64,000 nt of DNA. Origin: Microthyrium microscopicum (taxonomy: Eukaryota). How positions within the stretch are numbered: position 1 is the first letter of the stretch; the number at the start of each line of letters is the position of its first letter. Position numbers and translations under genes: made by a program. Below, piece after piece: positions 1 through 11,224 of this stretch. The notes below the pieces were generated by a model. That model was not told the DNA's origin. It was given only the letters and a program-made list of their open reading frames with translations, and did not search any database. The stretch spans positions 840,627 through 904,626 of the forward strand of contig MU004230.1 in NCBI GenBank assembly GCA_010405405.1, read 5' to 3'.

Positions 1-1336
1 AAGATAAGGCGAGCTGGCTCAGGGATTACTCTCATGTATACCTGGTTTCTCGGCCAGAGCGCCAATATCTCTCGTATTCCTGCGGCCTGGGGATGCACAA
101 GCGTGGTCCGCATAGGTTGTTGAGGGTCTGCGCGATATAGAAGCCATACAATAGTGTTCGTTCTACTTAGTACCTATCATAAAGAGCATAGATCGACCAG
201 CCTCACCAAACTTACAACGGTTGACAAAGTTGACCGGTACATAACAGCCAGGGTTAGGATCATCACAAGGCATGAAGTTGGATCATGAAATACTGAAGAT
301 GTAAACGAGATGATAGGCATAGGTGGGTATCTTTTAGGTTCTCGTGCTAGAGTCAAAAGACGCGAGCGACTCGATGGTGCCTGCCATATCACCTTTGAGC
401 GAAAGATGGGTAAGTTTGCAGCGTTTTCAATCGTCTCTTACACTGAACGTACTTAGTAGCAAGGGATGAACTCAACGAGATACAGATGCTGCACTCGATA
501 AGAGCACGAATCTCATTCGATGAGTATGCAGGCTTCATATATCGCCCTAGAAATGCAACTTAAGATTCCCTCACCATACTCGTCGTGTTCCAATGCTTCA
601 ATGCGGGGAGCGAATAAATGCCAGCCGTTCGGTGTGCTCCCTGTAGGAGAACGTGGTCTTTTCTCCTGATTCACAGGAGCAGCTCACTATTTGAGTGAAC
701 GATACTCAAGACAAATAATAACCTCCAGTTCTATGAGAGAAAATAGGCGTACATATCAAAGCTCCTCAACCAAGAACGATTCGTGCTCACAGAAGTGCGT
801 GGCCGGCAGGTTTGATCATACGACACGATCATCATGAGAAGGTTGTTTTCATCTAGGATCAATGGGCCCTGATATGCACATAAAGACTCGGACTTTCGGC
901 TTGATTCCCTTGTTGAGCATGATGAGAAAGTCTACTCTACTTGATAGGTCGCTTCACTTGAGAAGGTAGAGTAGGCAGGGAGACTGTACTGGAGTCGCCA
1001 TGCTCGCGGATCCTGCTTTTGGATTACCAAGCCATGCGACAGGCACTAAGTCACCAGTCCATTCATCAAGCTGATTCCGTGATATTCCATTTCCAGGGGG
1101 GCAGGGCGAAGTGTTGGTGGTAGTTAGTGTTTGGAGGTTGTTCAGTGGTTGTCAATATGAGCTAGCTTCATGAGGCTAGCCCAGTCTGGTGCCACATCGG
1201 AGCGGATTATCATCCCCCCGCCCACTCTGCTTCCACTTTGCAACCACCAGAAATTATCACCAGCTCGAAACTTTCCCTCAAGTCAACAATTCCATATCCC
1301 TCCCACCCGCCGGCCTTCGATAAACCGTTCGAAAAA

Positions 1337-2555
1337 ATGGTAAGCCTTCTCCGATGATGGCTTAGTCGACGACATCCTTCATCTTCATGCTCGGTCAATT
1401 GGTGTCTACCACCAATCTACACTACAATGCCTCAATGCGTCTGATCCATGAAAGTGGTGTGCGCGAGGTAGCTTTGAGCAATGGCTTGAGTTGTAGTCTG
1501 TCACCATGCAGACTGCACTCTTTATAGAGTTGAAGTGGAGATGAGCGTTCGACGATGCTCCTGTTCCCCCTTCTCTCAATGATAGCCGTTTTGGAATTGG
1601 TTAGTAACTTGGTGTTATTATAGGCACCAAAGGGACGAAAGCCCGCTGCGGCGCCCTTCTCATCGGGCAAGTCTTCTTCTAAGAAGGCACCCAAGGTCTG
1701 TTATGATACTCCTGTCCTATCGCATCCTTCGTTGACAATATGCAGAATCCTCTCATCGAGAAGCGTCCTCGTAACTTCGGTATCGGCCAGGACATTCAAC
1801 CAAAGCGCAACCTCTCCCGTATGGTGAGATGGCCCGCTTATGTCCGTCTTCAACGCCAGCGCAAGATTCTGCACATGTCAGTACTTTCTCGTTCCTCTTT
1901 TGTGCGCCCCTAACACGAATATGCAGGCGTCTCAAGGTTCCACCAGCACTCTCACAATTCCAACACGTCCTCGATCGCAACCAGGCTACTCAAACATTCA
2001 AGCTCTTGAACAAGTACCGCCCAGAGACCAAGGCCGAGAAGAAGGAGCGTCTCACCAAAGAGGCTACCGCTATCGCTGAGGGCAAGAAGCGTGAGGATGT
2101 TTCCAAGAAGCCATACACAGTCAAGTACGGCTTGAACCACGTCGTTGCACTCATCGAGGTATGAAACTTGTCAACGATTCTATGCTGTCTCTAATCTTTT
2201 GTGTCAGGCCAAGAAAGCAAACCTTGTTCTCATCGCCAACGATGTCGACCCTATCGAGCTTGTCGTCTTCATTCCAGCTCTCTGCCGCAAGATGGGTGTG
2301 CCATACGCCGTTGTCAAGGGCAAGGCTCGTCTCGGCACGGTTGTACACAAGAAGACTGCTGCCATTGTCGCTCTCACTGAGGTCAAGGCCGAGGACAAGT
2401 CGGAGCTTTCCAAGCTCGTCAGCGCAGTGAAGGAGGGCTATATCGAGAAGCACGAGAATGCTCGACGACAATGGGGTGGTGGAATCATGGGTGCCAAGGC
2501 TAATGCTCGTACCGAAAAGAAGCGAAAGGCGCTTGAGTCTGCTATCAAGATCTGA
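1337..2555 (+). CDS. RPL8: 60S ribosomal protein eL8 (L7a/L8), 5 exons: 1337-1339 (ATG only), 1624-1695, 1746-1876, 1927-2158, 2208-2555
   Basis: Spliced translation [13 protein letters not shown]...[42 protein letters not shown]...[38 protein letters not shown]...RQWGGGIMG is the eL8 signature; all introns GT..AG. Confidence 0.97.
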
Positions 2556-2891
2556 TAGCATCATCATCAAAACCGGCGCTCGGCGAATGCTTTGACATCG
2601 CTCGTCTCAGATACCATTATACCAATGAACGAGTCAAAATTAACAATGTGAACTGTCCATGGTGTCATGAATTTCAACTTTACTTGATTCATTTGAAATC
2701 AACTAGCATAAAATTGCCACTAGTCCAACGTTTAAAATTCGAGGTGCCTGCCCCTCCACCCCTGCCAGCGAAGCTCAGTAGGAGCAAACCTATTCCAACT
2801 CCCCCACCACGAGCTCATTCTGTCCAGGTTCAAATTGTAAACAATCAAGCTTCTTACCAGAGTTCAACAACTCTAGGTTCACTAATTGATC

Positions 2892-4343
2892 ATGTCAAAA
2901 CCTCCGTTGACCATACTTACGGATGACGACGTTCGAACGTTATTGCATTCATTGACAAGAGAGGATATCATCAAATTGCACCAATCTCTGGCCAACTCGC
3001 TCCACTATTACTCATCTGGCGACACTGACGAGAACAACAATAATTGTTCGGCGAGCTTTCAACCTGGAAGGGTGACAATGAACCGAAAAGACAAATCTAG
3101 CACTCTGTTCATGCCTGGCTCAAGTAGTGATGGTATGGGCTTCAAGGTTGTAACACTGGCTGAATCAAAGAGAGATTCCCCTGGCCTACCGGTAGACGAA
3201 GAATCAACCAGGTCTTCCATCTCGTCCATGTCAATATCCCACTCAAATTCGACATCTTCACAGACTGCGTCTGACATTCCGTCATATCCGGCTTCAGCCC
3301 CAGACTCAACTCTGAGTGGATCCACAGCAGTATCAAACGTTACCACATCACCAGCTGGGTCTCTCACACTCTTGGATAGACAAGGTTCACCACGCGCCTT
3401 CATAAACGCCTCTGAAATCACTGCTTTCCGGACTGCTCTGGCCTCCACGCTGCTCTTCGCCAAGCGCCAAAATGTGCACGACGTGGTCATTTTTGGCGCT
3501 GGCAAACAGGCATATTGGCATGCTCGCCTGGCCTTGCTCCTACGTGGACCGGATATCCATCATCTCAATATCATCAACCGTTCTTTTGAATCCGGCGTTG
3601 AACTGTTTAAGAAGCTCTTCAAAACCGAATATCCGGTACCTGTATCACATCCCAAGACGGAAATGGTTACGCCCGCTCACACAGAGTATGCACGTCATTT
3701 GAAGAGTCTCCTACGAAGTGCGAGTGTAATTTTTTGTACTACGCCCAGCACAACTCCCCTGTTTCCTCACGATATTTTGACCAGCACTGAGGGTCGCCGC
3801 AAAGGACGGTACATCGCAGCTATCGGCTCGTTCAAACCGCATATGGTGGAGTTACACCCGGACATTATCAAACAGGCAGTGGCGCCACATCATGGTCATC
3901 ACTTCCATAAACACGCCAAGCAAGGTGGAGCAGTTGTTGTAGACAGCGTTGAGGCGTGTCTGCGCGAGGCAGGTGAATTAGTTCAGGCTGGCTTGGGTGG
4001 AAGGGAGGTTGTCGAATTGGGCGAATTGATCATGCTGAAGCGTGATGCTTTGCAGCGTAAGGCGGAGAGACAAAGTGGCAGTGAAAGTAGCTCGCTTAGT
4101 GAGGGAGTTCAATTCGGCCGTGGGGACAAGAAGAAGGGTGATGCTGACGACGATGGAGGATTGGTTGATTGGTTGCAGAGAGGCAATGTTATCTACAAGA
4201 GCGTGGGTATGGCCTTGATGGTAAGTCTAATCTCTCTCGGGTTTGATATTCGCTAAATTGGTGCATAGGACTGTGTTGTTGGGAATGACTTGGTCAGATT
4301 GGCTGATGCGAAGGGCATTGGTATCAAGATTGACAACTTTTGA
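2892..4343 (+). CDS. Ornithine cyclodeaminase/mu-crystallin family NAD(P)-binding protein; intron 4221-4268
   Basis: Motifs TLFMP, ITAFRTALAS, VIFGAGKQAYWH, FCTTPS, AIGSFKPHMVE, VVDSVEACLREAGE, IYKSVGMALM|DCVVG. Confidence 0.88.
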
Positions 4344-4664
4344 AAACTGATATATGGGAATCATCACGGAGTGAGTAAGAGACAACAGCCTTGATATTTA
4401 ATTTCTAAACGCTGCACTGAATATCGGATGGTCAAAAATATTGAAGCATAGAGGTTTCATTAATGCTCGCTAAATCGAGCAAATATTATTAAAGGTACGC
4501 TTTTCTGCTCAACAGCAAATATGCTGTGTTATCTAGCAACAATCTATTCTAGCAATACCAGCCATTGAATGAATAGCTGGAACTTTCATGTCCACGACAA
4601 CCACAACCAGCAAGACAGACGCTGCGCAGCGCTTGTTTCGCCACTGACGGCAATACAAGACCGC

Positions 4665-5525
4665 TTAGTTTGGGAGAGTTGAGGTGCTGTAGACCTTGTA
4701 AGAGACTGTGTCAATCAAACCAGCGGTGGTAAGACTGTTGGAGACTGCGAATGTAACCTTCTTCACGCCGTTGAAGCCCGAGCCGAGGGTGGCCGGTACC
4801 ATCTGTTGTTTAACGCCGTCTTGGGTGAAAGAAAATGTCTGGGTTGCGCTAGGCTTGCCATTAGGCTGGGACTTGTCAGTATAAGTTCATCCTATTAATC
4901 ATCAAGATGCTTGAACGCTTGGTCATTTGCTGAGATACCATTCAACAGCGTTTCGCCATATTGGTATCGAGGCAAATAATGACATTGATCGGGAGGGCAC
5001 AGCAGCGATGATAATGAATACGGGTTTACTCACGTCAGTGTATGCGCTAGCTGTGATAGTGCAAGACAAAGGTAGGCCGAGGAGGCTTGTTTGGGTGGCT
5101 GAGGAGCAAGCATAATAGAATGAGTAGAGGTCAAAGTGGTCGATAGTGCTGTCAGGATAGACGGTGGTCATGGCTGCAGTGCCTTCGAGAACAGTCGCAG
5201 TGTCAAGAGCAGAGAATGCGGCCATATTGTTCTGGGTGTTTGGAATAACTCCTGTGACGATCAATTGCTCACCCTGTGTTTGAACAAGGGACATTCCATT
5301 CCAAAAGATATCTAGGTAGAGATCTATGGGACCAACGGCAAGAGCAGGAACTCCGGCATCGTTGTCGAACTGCTCGCAGGATTAGCAAGCTACAATATCA
5401 CTGGGTGGAACACAACGTACCCTTGCAGTCTGTGGAATCTCATTGAAAGAGGAAGCTGGGGAAGATGAAGGAGCAGCGGCCGCGGCAGCTAGAAGACTGG
5501 CGATGGCGAGGATGGATTTATACAT
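4665..5525 (-). CDS. Secreted protein of unknown function; introns ~5370-5420 and ~4866-5033
   Basis: Signal peptide MYKSILAIASLLAAAAAAP; spliced frame continues FDNDAGVPALAVGPIDLYLDIFWNGMSLV...FDLYSFYYAC...CTITASAYTD|PNGKPSATQTFSF...LIDTVSYKVYSTSTLPN*. Confidence 0.75.
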
Positions 5526-8162
5526 GATGACAGTGGGCATGATATTGGATTGACTGGAGAACGAAAGCAGTAAGAGCTCGTATAAGGAAGTGTTTGATTT
5601 GGGATTGTGTCTGGTTGAACTTCCATGGGCCAGACTCAGAATTTATAGACATCGTGAATATCTCAAACTTGTCTGAAGTTTCCCCGATCATCGAAGATCA
5701 TTACCTCTCTTGCAACGAGTGTTCACCGTGCTTCTAGCACGGGCGAAATGAAGATATCCATCTATGAACTATGACGACAAGCACATGCAATCCGCGAGAC
5801 GGCTGAAGACTTGAGCAAGGTGAAACCATATACCAAATGTCATGGTGACACCGCATCGACTCTGTTCCGTAAGCCGTCGCTAGATGCGTTGTCTTTGAAG
5901 TTGGCGTCCATCGTGAAGAAGAAATCGCAATGGTTGGCTTTGTGGTTGACGCGTGGGTACTTCCAACGCCACTAGATGCCATCGTGCGTTGGTATTTGCA
6001 GATCATTTGAAAAGAGGGCTCTGATGGGACCTTTGTAAGAATCAGGGGGTTGAGTGGCCGACAAAAACACCATTTTTTCTTTATTTTTCTTGATTGATGC
6101 TAGCCACGCTGCCCCAAATAGACCGAGATAGTTGATGCCTATTGTGAAGGTACCTTCATGTGTCTCTGGCTTTTTCTTTTTCTTTGTGACAGAGAAAGAA
6201 AATGGTAATATTCCAATCCGATCAGAATGGGCCGAATGGTGCCGACGTTGGAGAGACTAGAGTAGCTTGGCCAGCAGTTCCAACTCCGACAGTACAACAA
6301 AGGTTTTGAACGCCATGGCCGCAGATGGGATTCAGAGAATTGCACCTTGTGAAGTTGGCGCTATTGAGTGCGATTGTACAGTAAGAGGTAGCATTTACCG
6401 GAAGAACAGACATTCCAGCGTAAAAGGTACAGCAGTGGCTGGTGGCTCAGGTTTGTATCTGTCCCTTTTAGCACTCCCTACCCTGGCCATGCCTAATGTG
6501 GTGTCGCCATGGCGCGAGCTGAGGGAGAACTCTGCCAGACAGCGATGGACTCGGAAATTCGATATTTCTCGCTTGGAAATATGAAGTGTAGATCTCTGTC
6601 TTGGCTTCCTGATCTGCGTTACCGGCACCAAGATGGCGGCTATATCTGGAGCTTCTCAGGATGCACATTGCAAAACCAACCTGGTCAAGGCAAATGATTT
6701 GCCAACAATATTCGTGGAGCCTAAACTCTTGCAGAAAACACCTACCGCTTCATGCACCTAAAAACTGCTCGACCAAGGTGGACCTGAAATATATTCCATC
6801 AAGTCCATCCTCCTAATACATCGGAGAAACGGCATGCAAGTTTTACTATCGTGACTTCCAACCTCAAGGCTCAAAGGCCCACCAGTTACATCATTGAACC
6901 GTAGTGCTCAACCTTAGTGCTCAACCTTACATGCACGATCCATTTTGTCTCATCGATTCCATTGATCATGAGCATTGATCTTACTACTGCTAATCACTGG
7001 AAATAGTTGGTGCGCTCCCGTTACCGACGACTGGTCCAATCGGCGTTGTAAAAGAACATGGACTAGATAGGTACTTATAAACCTATGAGATAATGAAATA
7101 ACGTCAGTGCAGCCAACTATATACCTAGGTAGATAGTGCATAGTCATAGTTTGCGGAAAATTGGGACATCGCGACAGAAGTACACAGGTAGTTGAATGAA
7201 ACTCTCTGCAGTGTAGTCGAAGATCTCCATAATCGCCAGGGGACCTGATGTACTTGGAAGGAGATGTAGAAAATCATTGAGCCCCTAGCTGCTCAGTGCT
7301 GATCATGGCAAGGCCTATGGGACGCTGCGGAATAGCTTCCGAGCGGTAAGGCCAATTGCGATTTGCGATGCTCACTGGGTATCTACCTAGGTAGGTTACA
7401 GGTACCTAGGACATTGAGAACCATCCAGCTGGAAGGTTCACAAACGACGTCGCTATGACACTTGTGCTACGGTGAAGATATCCAAGAATCAAGACCTGCC
7501 TGTTTCTCTATACTCCATACGCTACCTGCGGTTGTTGAGTTCTACCTTACGTTCAAAAACACATCATGTTAGATAAGCAATGTACTTGTTAAACGAGTAC
7601 TCGATCGGTGTGCGAGGCCAAAGTATTTGCCTGGGTTGGTTGTCAAGCCAAGCCAGTATTTCAGGTTACTGGCTGAACATGGACAAAGAAAATATGCAGT
7701 CTCTTCAATAGTCCCGCTTTCGCTATTCAGGCCGCTCTCAGTATCAATTGTAATCTATACTGTCAAGTCCTTCCCACTATACCTGTCAATACTGCTACGT
7801 TATATAAGCTACTGCAGGTAGTACCACCTATACCGCGGATGTCCAGCAGCCAGCCCATGATCAAAAGGAGTCCTATAACTAAGAAAACCTGGCAGAAAAC
7901 GGAAATGCCAGTGCATGACCAACTATTCTCGCTGCCAGACCTCGAGGGTCAGGACATGGCCATCAAAGCTTATCGGTATCAGAACATCAGCAGGACATGA
8001 TCGCTCGCGCAAAAGATATCAACTACGACTTCCTGTCACTCACTTTGCTCATAATCAAGTAGTTTGGTTCTGAAAGAACTGCGGGCGCGTGTTAGCTATC
8101 CATAATTGGAAGGCGCGATCGAGTGCATAATGCCCATGAACATGAATACGGCTTTGAGGTAT

Positions 8163-9140
8163 CTACAATGGAGAAGGAGGCTTGTATGCATCCAGACTCT
8201 TGGAAGCGACTTCAGTCCAACCGTCCTTAGCAGCACCACCATTGAACCAAGCTGCTTCAGACTCGTTTCCTCGAAGCACGTAGTTCACCCAATGAGCTCC
8301 AGCCACGCCATAAACTCCACCATTGAGATCATTGAAAGTGCCGCCGTGACCAGCAGGGGGCCAGTTGCCTTTCCATGCTGGAGTGCCAGCTGCAATCGCA
8401 GCATAATCGCGGTTTCCCTGCGTTGATGTTAGATCAGATCCAATTACGTACATCTCCACTTACACCAGAGTAAGCCATGTCTTTTGGCCCGCCCAAGAAA
8501 TAGAAATGTGGCTTGTTGGTCTTCGTTCCCTTTGCACCCATACCGCCACTGTTAAAGATACCCATTACAGTAACTCGTGGATCAGAAGTGATTCCTTGTG
8601 CCTCTCCTCCTCCACAGCTTTGACCAGCTGCTGCAATTCTAGAAGTATCCAAATGCGCCCATTTTCCCTTTCCAGCGTTCTTCTCTGCCCAATCGATCGC
8701 GGTGGTCAAGAATTTGGAAGAACTTCTGCCATATGCACCGTAGCTTTGGTAGGTCGAACCCTTTGAAGGATCTTCTGGGCCACCGTTGGCGATTACTACC
8801 ACACCTTGGGAGGCAATTTGGAGGAGGAAAGGGGCCATAATGGTTCCAACCTTCAGACATCCTCCGTTACCCCAGACCATGAGTGGCATCTTGGATCCAG
8901 CTGGAATGTTTTTGGGTTGGTACAAAGTATGCTCAGGAAGCTCAGGGTCGGCAAAATAGTGCTGTATAGCATTAGCATTTATGCAAGATATCTACAGGTA
9001 GGTTTTCTAACAGGAGGAGAGAACTTTCCAGTCCCTGGTGACGCGAGTGTTTCTGGTGTGTTCACTTTTCCACCCGGCTGCTGGGCACTTGCGCCGGCTG
9101 CCATGAGGACAACTGCCTCTAGTAGAAAGGAGCTCTTCAT
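8163..9140 (-). CDS. Secreted alpha/beta hydrolase (chlorophyllase/dienelactone-hydrolase-like); introns 8962-9011 and 8418-8463
   Basis: Signal peptide MKSSFLLEAVVLMAAGASA; VWGNGGC oxyanion region, nucleophile elbow AAGQSCGG, YFLGGPKDMAY (Asp), AGHGGTF (His). Confidence 0.85.
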
Positions 9141-10113
9141 TTTCAATATCGTGAGCCAAAAAGGGACGCTCTCCCAGTTCAAATATGGTCCTTTGTATTC
9201 GACACTTGAATCCAGGAAGCGAATGTTGAATGCGAAGATCAAGCTGAGCTCAAATTAAATCTTCTTGAAATACTCCAAGATTAACATTTCAATTGATTAA
9301 GTGCCTAGCATCATAATTCAACTCCTGTCAAGAACTCTGTCAACTAACCAATTATGTCCAGTCAGATTCGGAACTGCCGATTACGTGGTGGGACACTGAC
9401 CACCAATACTCTAACGACATATAACACGTTCTTAAGGAGTTGGTAGATAACTTAGAGAGGGAGGGCATTTAGGGTATTGAATCTTATTCTGATGAACTCG
9501 TAATGGTTATCATACGATTGAAAGTTTGTTGAAGAACTTCGAGTCGAAACGTATCTTTATTTGTATCTAGTTTCTGCTCGTCTGCCAACCAGTCGGTAGC
9601 TAGCTTTTAAGGTACTAAACTAAAAGTTAATAAGATATTCCCATTACACCACGTAATTTATTGCTCTGTGATCTGATTAATTGACTCATAACCATCTTTG
9701 GCCGAGGACAAGGTTGTCATGTGCATTCACTCAATTGTTGTGAGACTTATAGTTAAAAGAAGGGATGGGCACCGTCTGATTTTGATAAAAGAATACCATC
9801 GAACTTGTCTATCAACCTGGCCCAAGTTAGAAATCGAGTTAATGAAGATATATTTGTTATACAGCTAGGGATTGTTGTAGTGCCTATTTTCCTGCATTCT
9901 TTACGAGCTTTCTTCGAAAACTTTGACCTTTCTTGGATACAAGACCTGCTTTTTGCAGCTCGTCACTGAAACATTATTTCAGTATGCGAGCAGATAACAT
10001 CTCGTTTTGAAGATATGGCTTTTGTCGTCATTTCTATAACCATGTTAGAGCCTATTTATGAGACGCTAGAGTAGCCTTCAAGCTTTACTGCGAATTTTGG
10101 GGCACGCGTGGTG

Positions 10114-10128
10114 TATATATATAAAAAG
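10114..10128 (+). promoter_or_regulatory. TATA element upstream of the putative Pol III ncRNA
   Basis: TATATATATAAAAAG ending ~35 nt before an A-box consensus match. Confidence 0.55.
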
Positions 10129-10149
10129 TTCGGAAATACTATTAACTAA

Positions 10150-10390
10150 TTTGAGCAGCACTTGGCCCAGCGGTTTACGCTGGGCTTCCCCCTCCCCTGT
10201 ATTATATTTCATACCAATCCCCCGGGTTCATAGATGGGGCACCGATCTCGTGGATCATGGGAAAAAGACGGGCGAGTCTTTTATTCAGTCTTCATTCAAG
10301 TCACCAATTTCTCCAACCTTCTCTCCCCCTCCTTCGGGATGGGGAGGATGTAGTGGAGAGGTTGGTGAGTTGAATGAAGGTTGATTTTTT
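10150..10390 (+). ncRNA. Putative RNA polymerase III-transcribed structured ncRNA / milRNA precursor (5' end approximate)
   Basis: A-box TGGCCCAGCGG (10163-10173); 8-bp hairpin 10165-10185; 48-bp imperfect stem 10285-10332/10337-10384 closed by a C(UUCG)G tetraloop; T6 directly after the stem. Confidence 0.6.
10385..10390 (+). terminator. Oligo-T (T6) Pol III-type terminator
   Basis: TTTTTT immediately after the 48-bp stem; a second T5 run at 10396-10400. Confidence 0.5.
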
Positions 10391-11224
10391 GGTAATTTTT
10401 GTTGTTGTTTACAAAGTTCTTTTGATAGTTGCGCGGGTCAAATCTGGCTGGGGCCATTTTTATTTTGCATCATAATATCTAGTTTTGATAGTGTTGACAT
10501 TCATATATACATCTACACGTTCAATATCTTTTTTTCAAACCTCGATATAACTTGTTTGAGGCATCGTGTGTCTTTCAATTTGATCAGAAACGATTTCTTC
10601 ATATTGATGCTTTGCCTGGTTTTGACCAATAACCATGTTGTATGACGTAGGCCCCAAAATTTGCCTAGATCTGAGAATAACAACTTTTAATTTTAGACTG
10701 CTGCATGAGACTACATAAACGCTGCCTGTTACTAAGAAAAGAATTCTCGAAGGTTACAATCGGAACTTCGGAAGGCGATGTTTACTGTGAATATCTTTTG
10801 CAGCACAATCTATTGCTTAATGATAAAATGCCATTTATGTTCGAGAATAACGCCTACAATCTCATTTCGAAGGGTTGCAGTCATAATCTACCTCATAAAA
10901 CTACTAATCTACGATTACTCAATCCTGTTCAGCCTCGTGGTCAGCCTTATTGAAACCAAATGCAGTTGGAAGCAACCATGTGCTAGTCAAGAAGCGGGAA
11001 GGCGCCTGCTTCCATGCACGTTTTGATAGGGTGACGCTACTTCACGTCAACCAGGCTGATCCGCCACCACCACTCTTTTACAACATCTACCACCACTTTC
11101 TAAATACTTCTTCACCTATACTATATCTGCTTTCCTATGCGATACTTCAGACCCAGATATTCAGACCATCGGAGAGCAATCTGCAATCTCCTGAGACGTC
11201 AAATGTGTTATACCAATACGCCTC

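Noticed and set aside
1..1200. Gene or transposon remnant upstream of RPL8
   Set aside because: Only short ORFs with no recognisable motif, terminal repeats or transposase fragments.
1353..1444. Definite box C/D snoRNA in the RPL8 intron
   Set aside because: Box C is non-canonical, there is no terminal stem, and the best rRNA complementarity I could recall is only ~8 nt; kept only as a possibility in findings.
6901..7410. Short tandem (TAGTGCTCAACCT x2) and TACCTAGGTA palindromes
   Set aside because: Too short and typical of fungal intergenic DNA.
10150..10260. tRNA gene or spliceosomal snRNA
   Set aside because: A-box present but no cloverleaf and only a poor T-loop/B-box (GGTTCATAG); no U1 ACTTACC, U2 GTAGTA, U5 GCCTTTTAC or U6 ACAGAGA; the Sm-like site lies after the T6 run.
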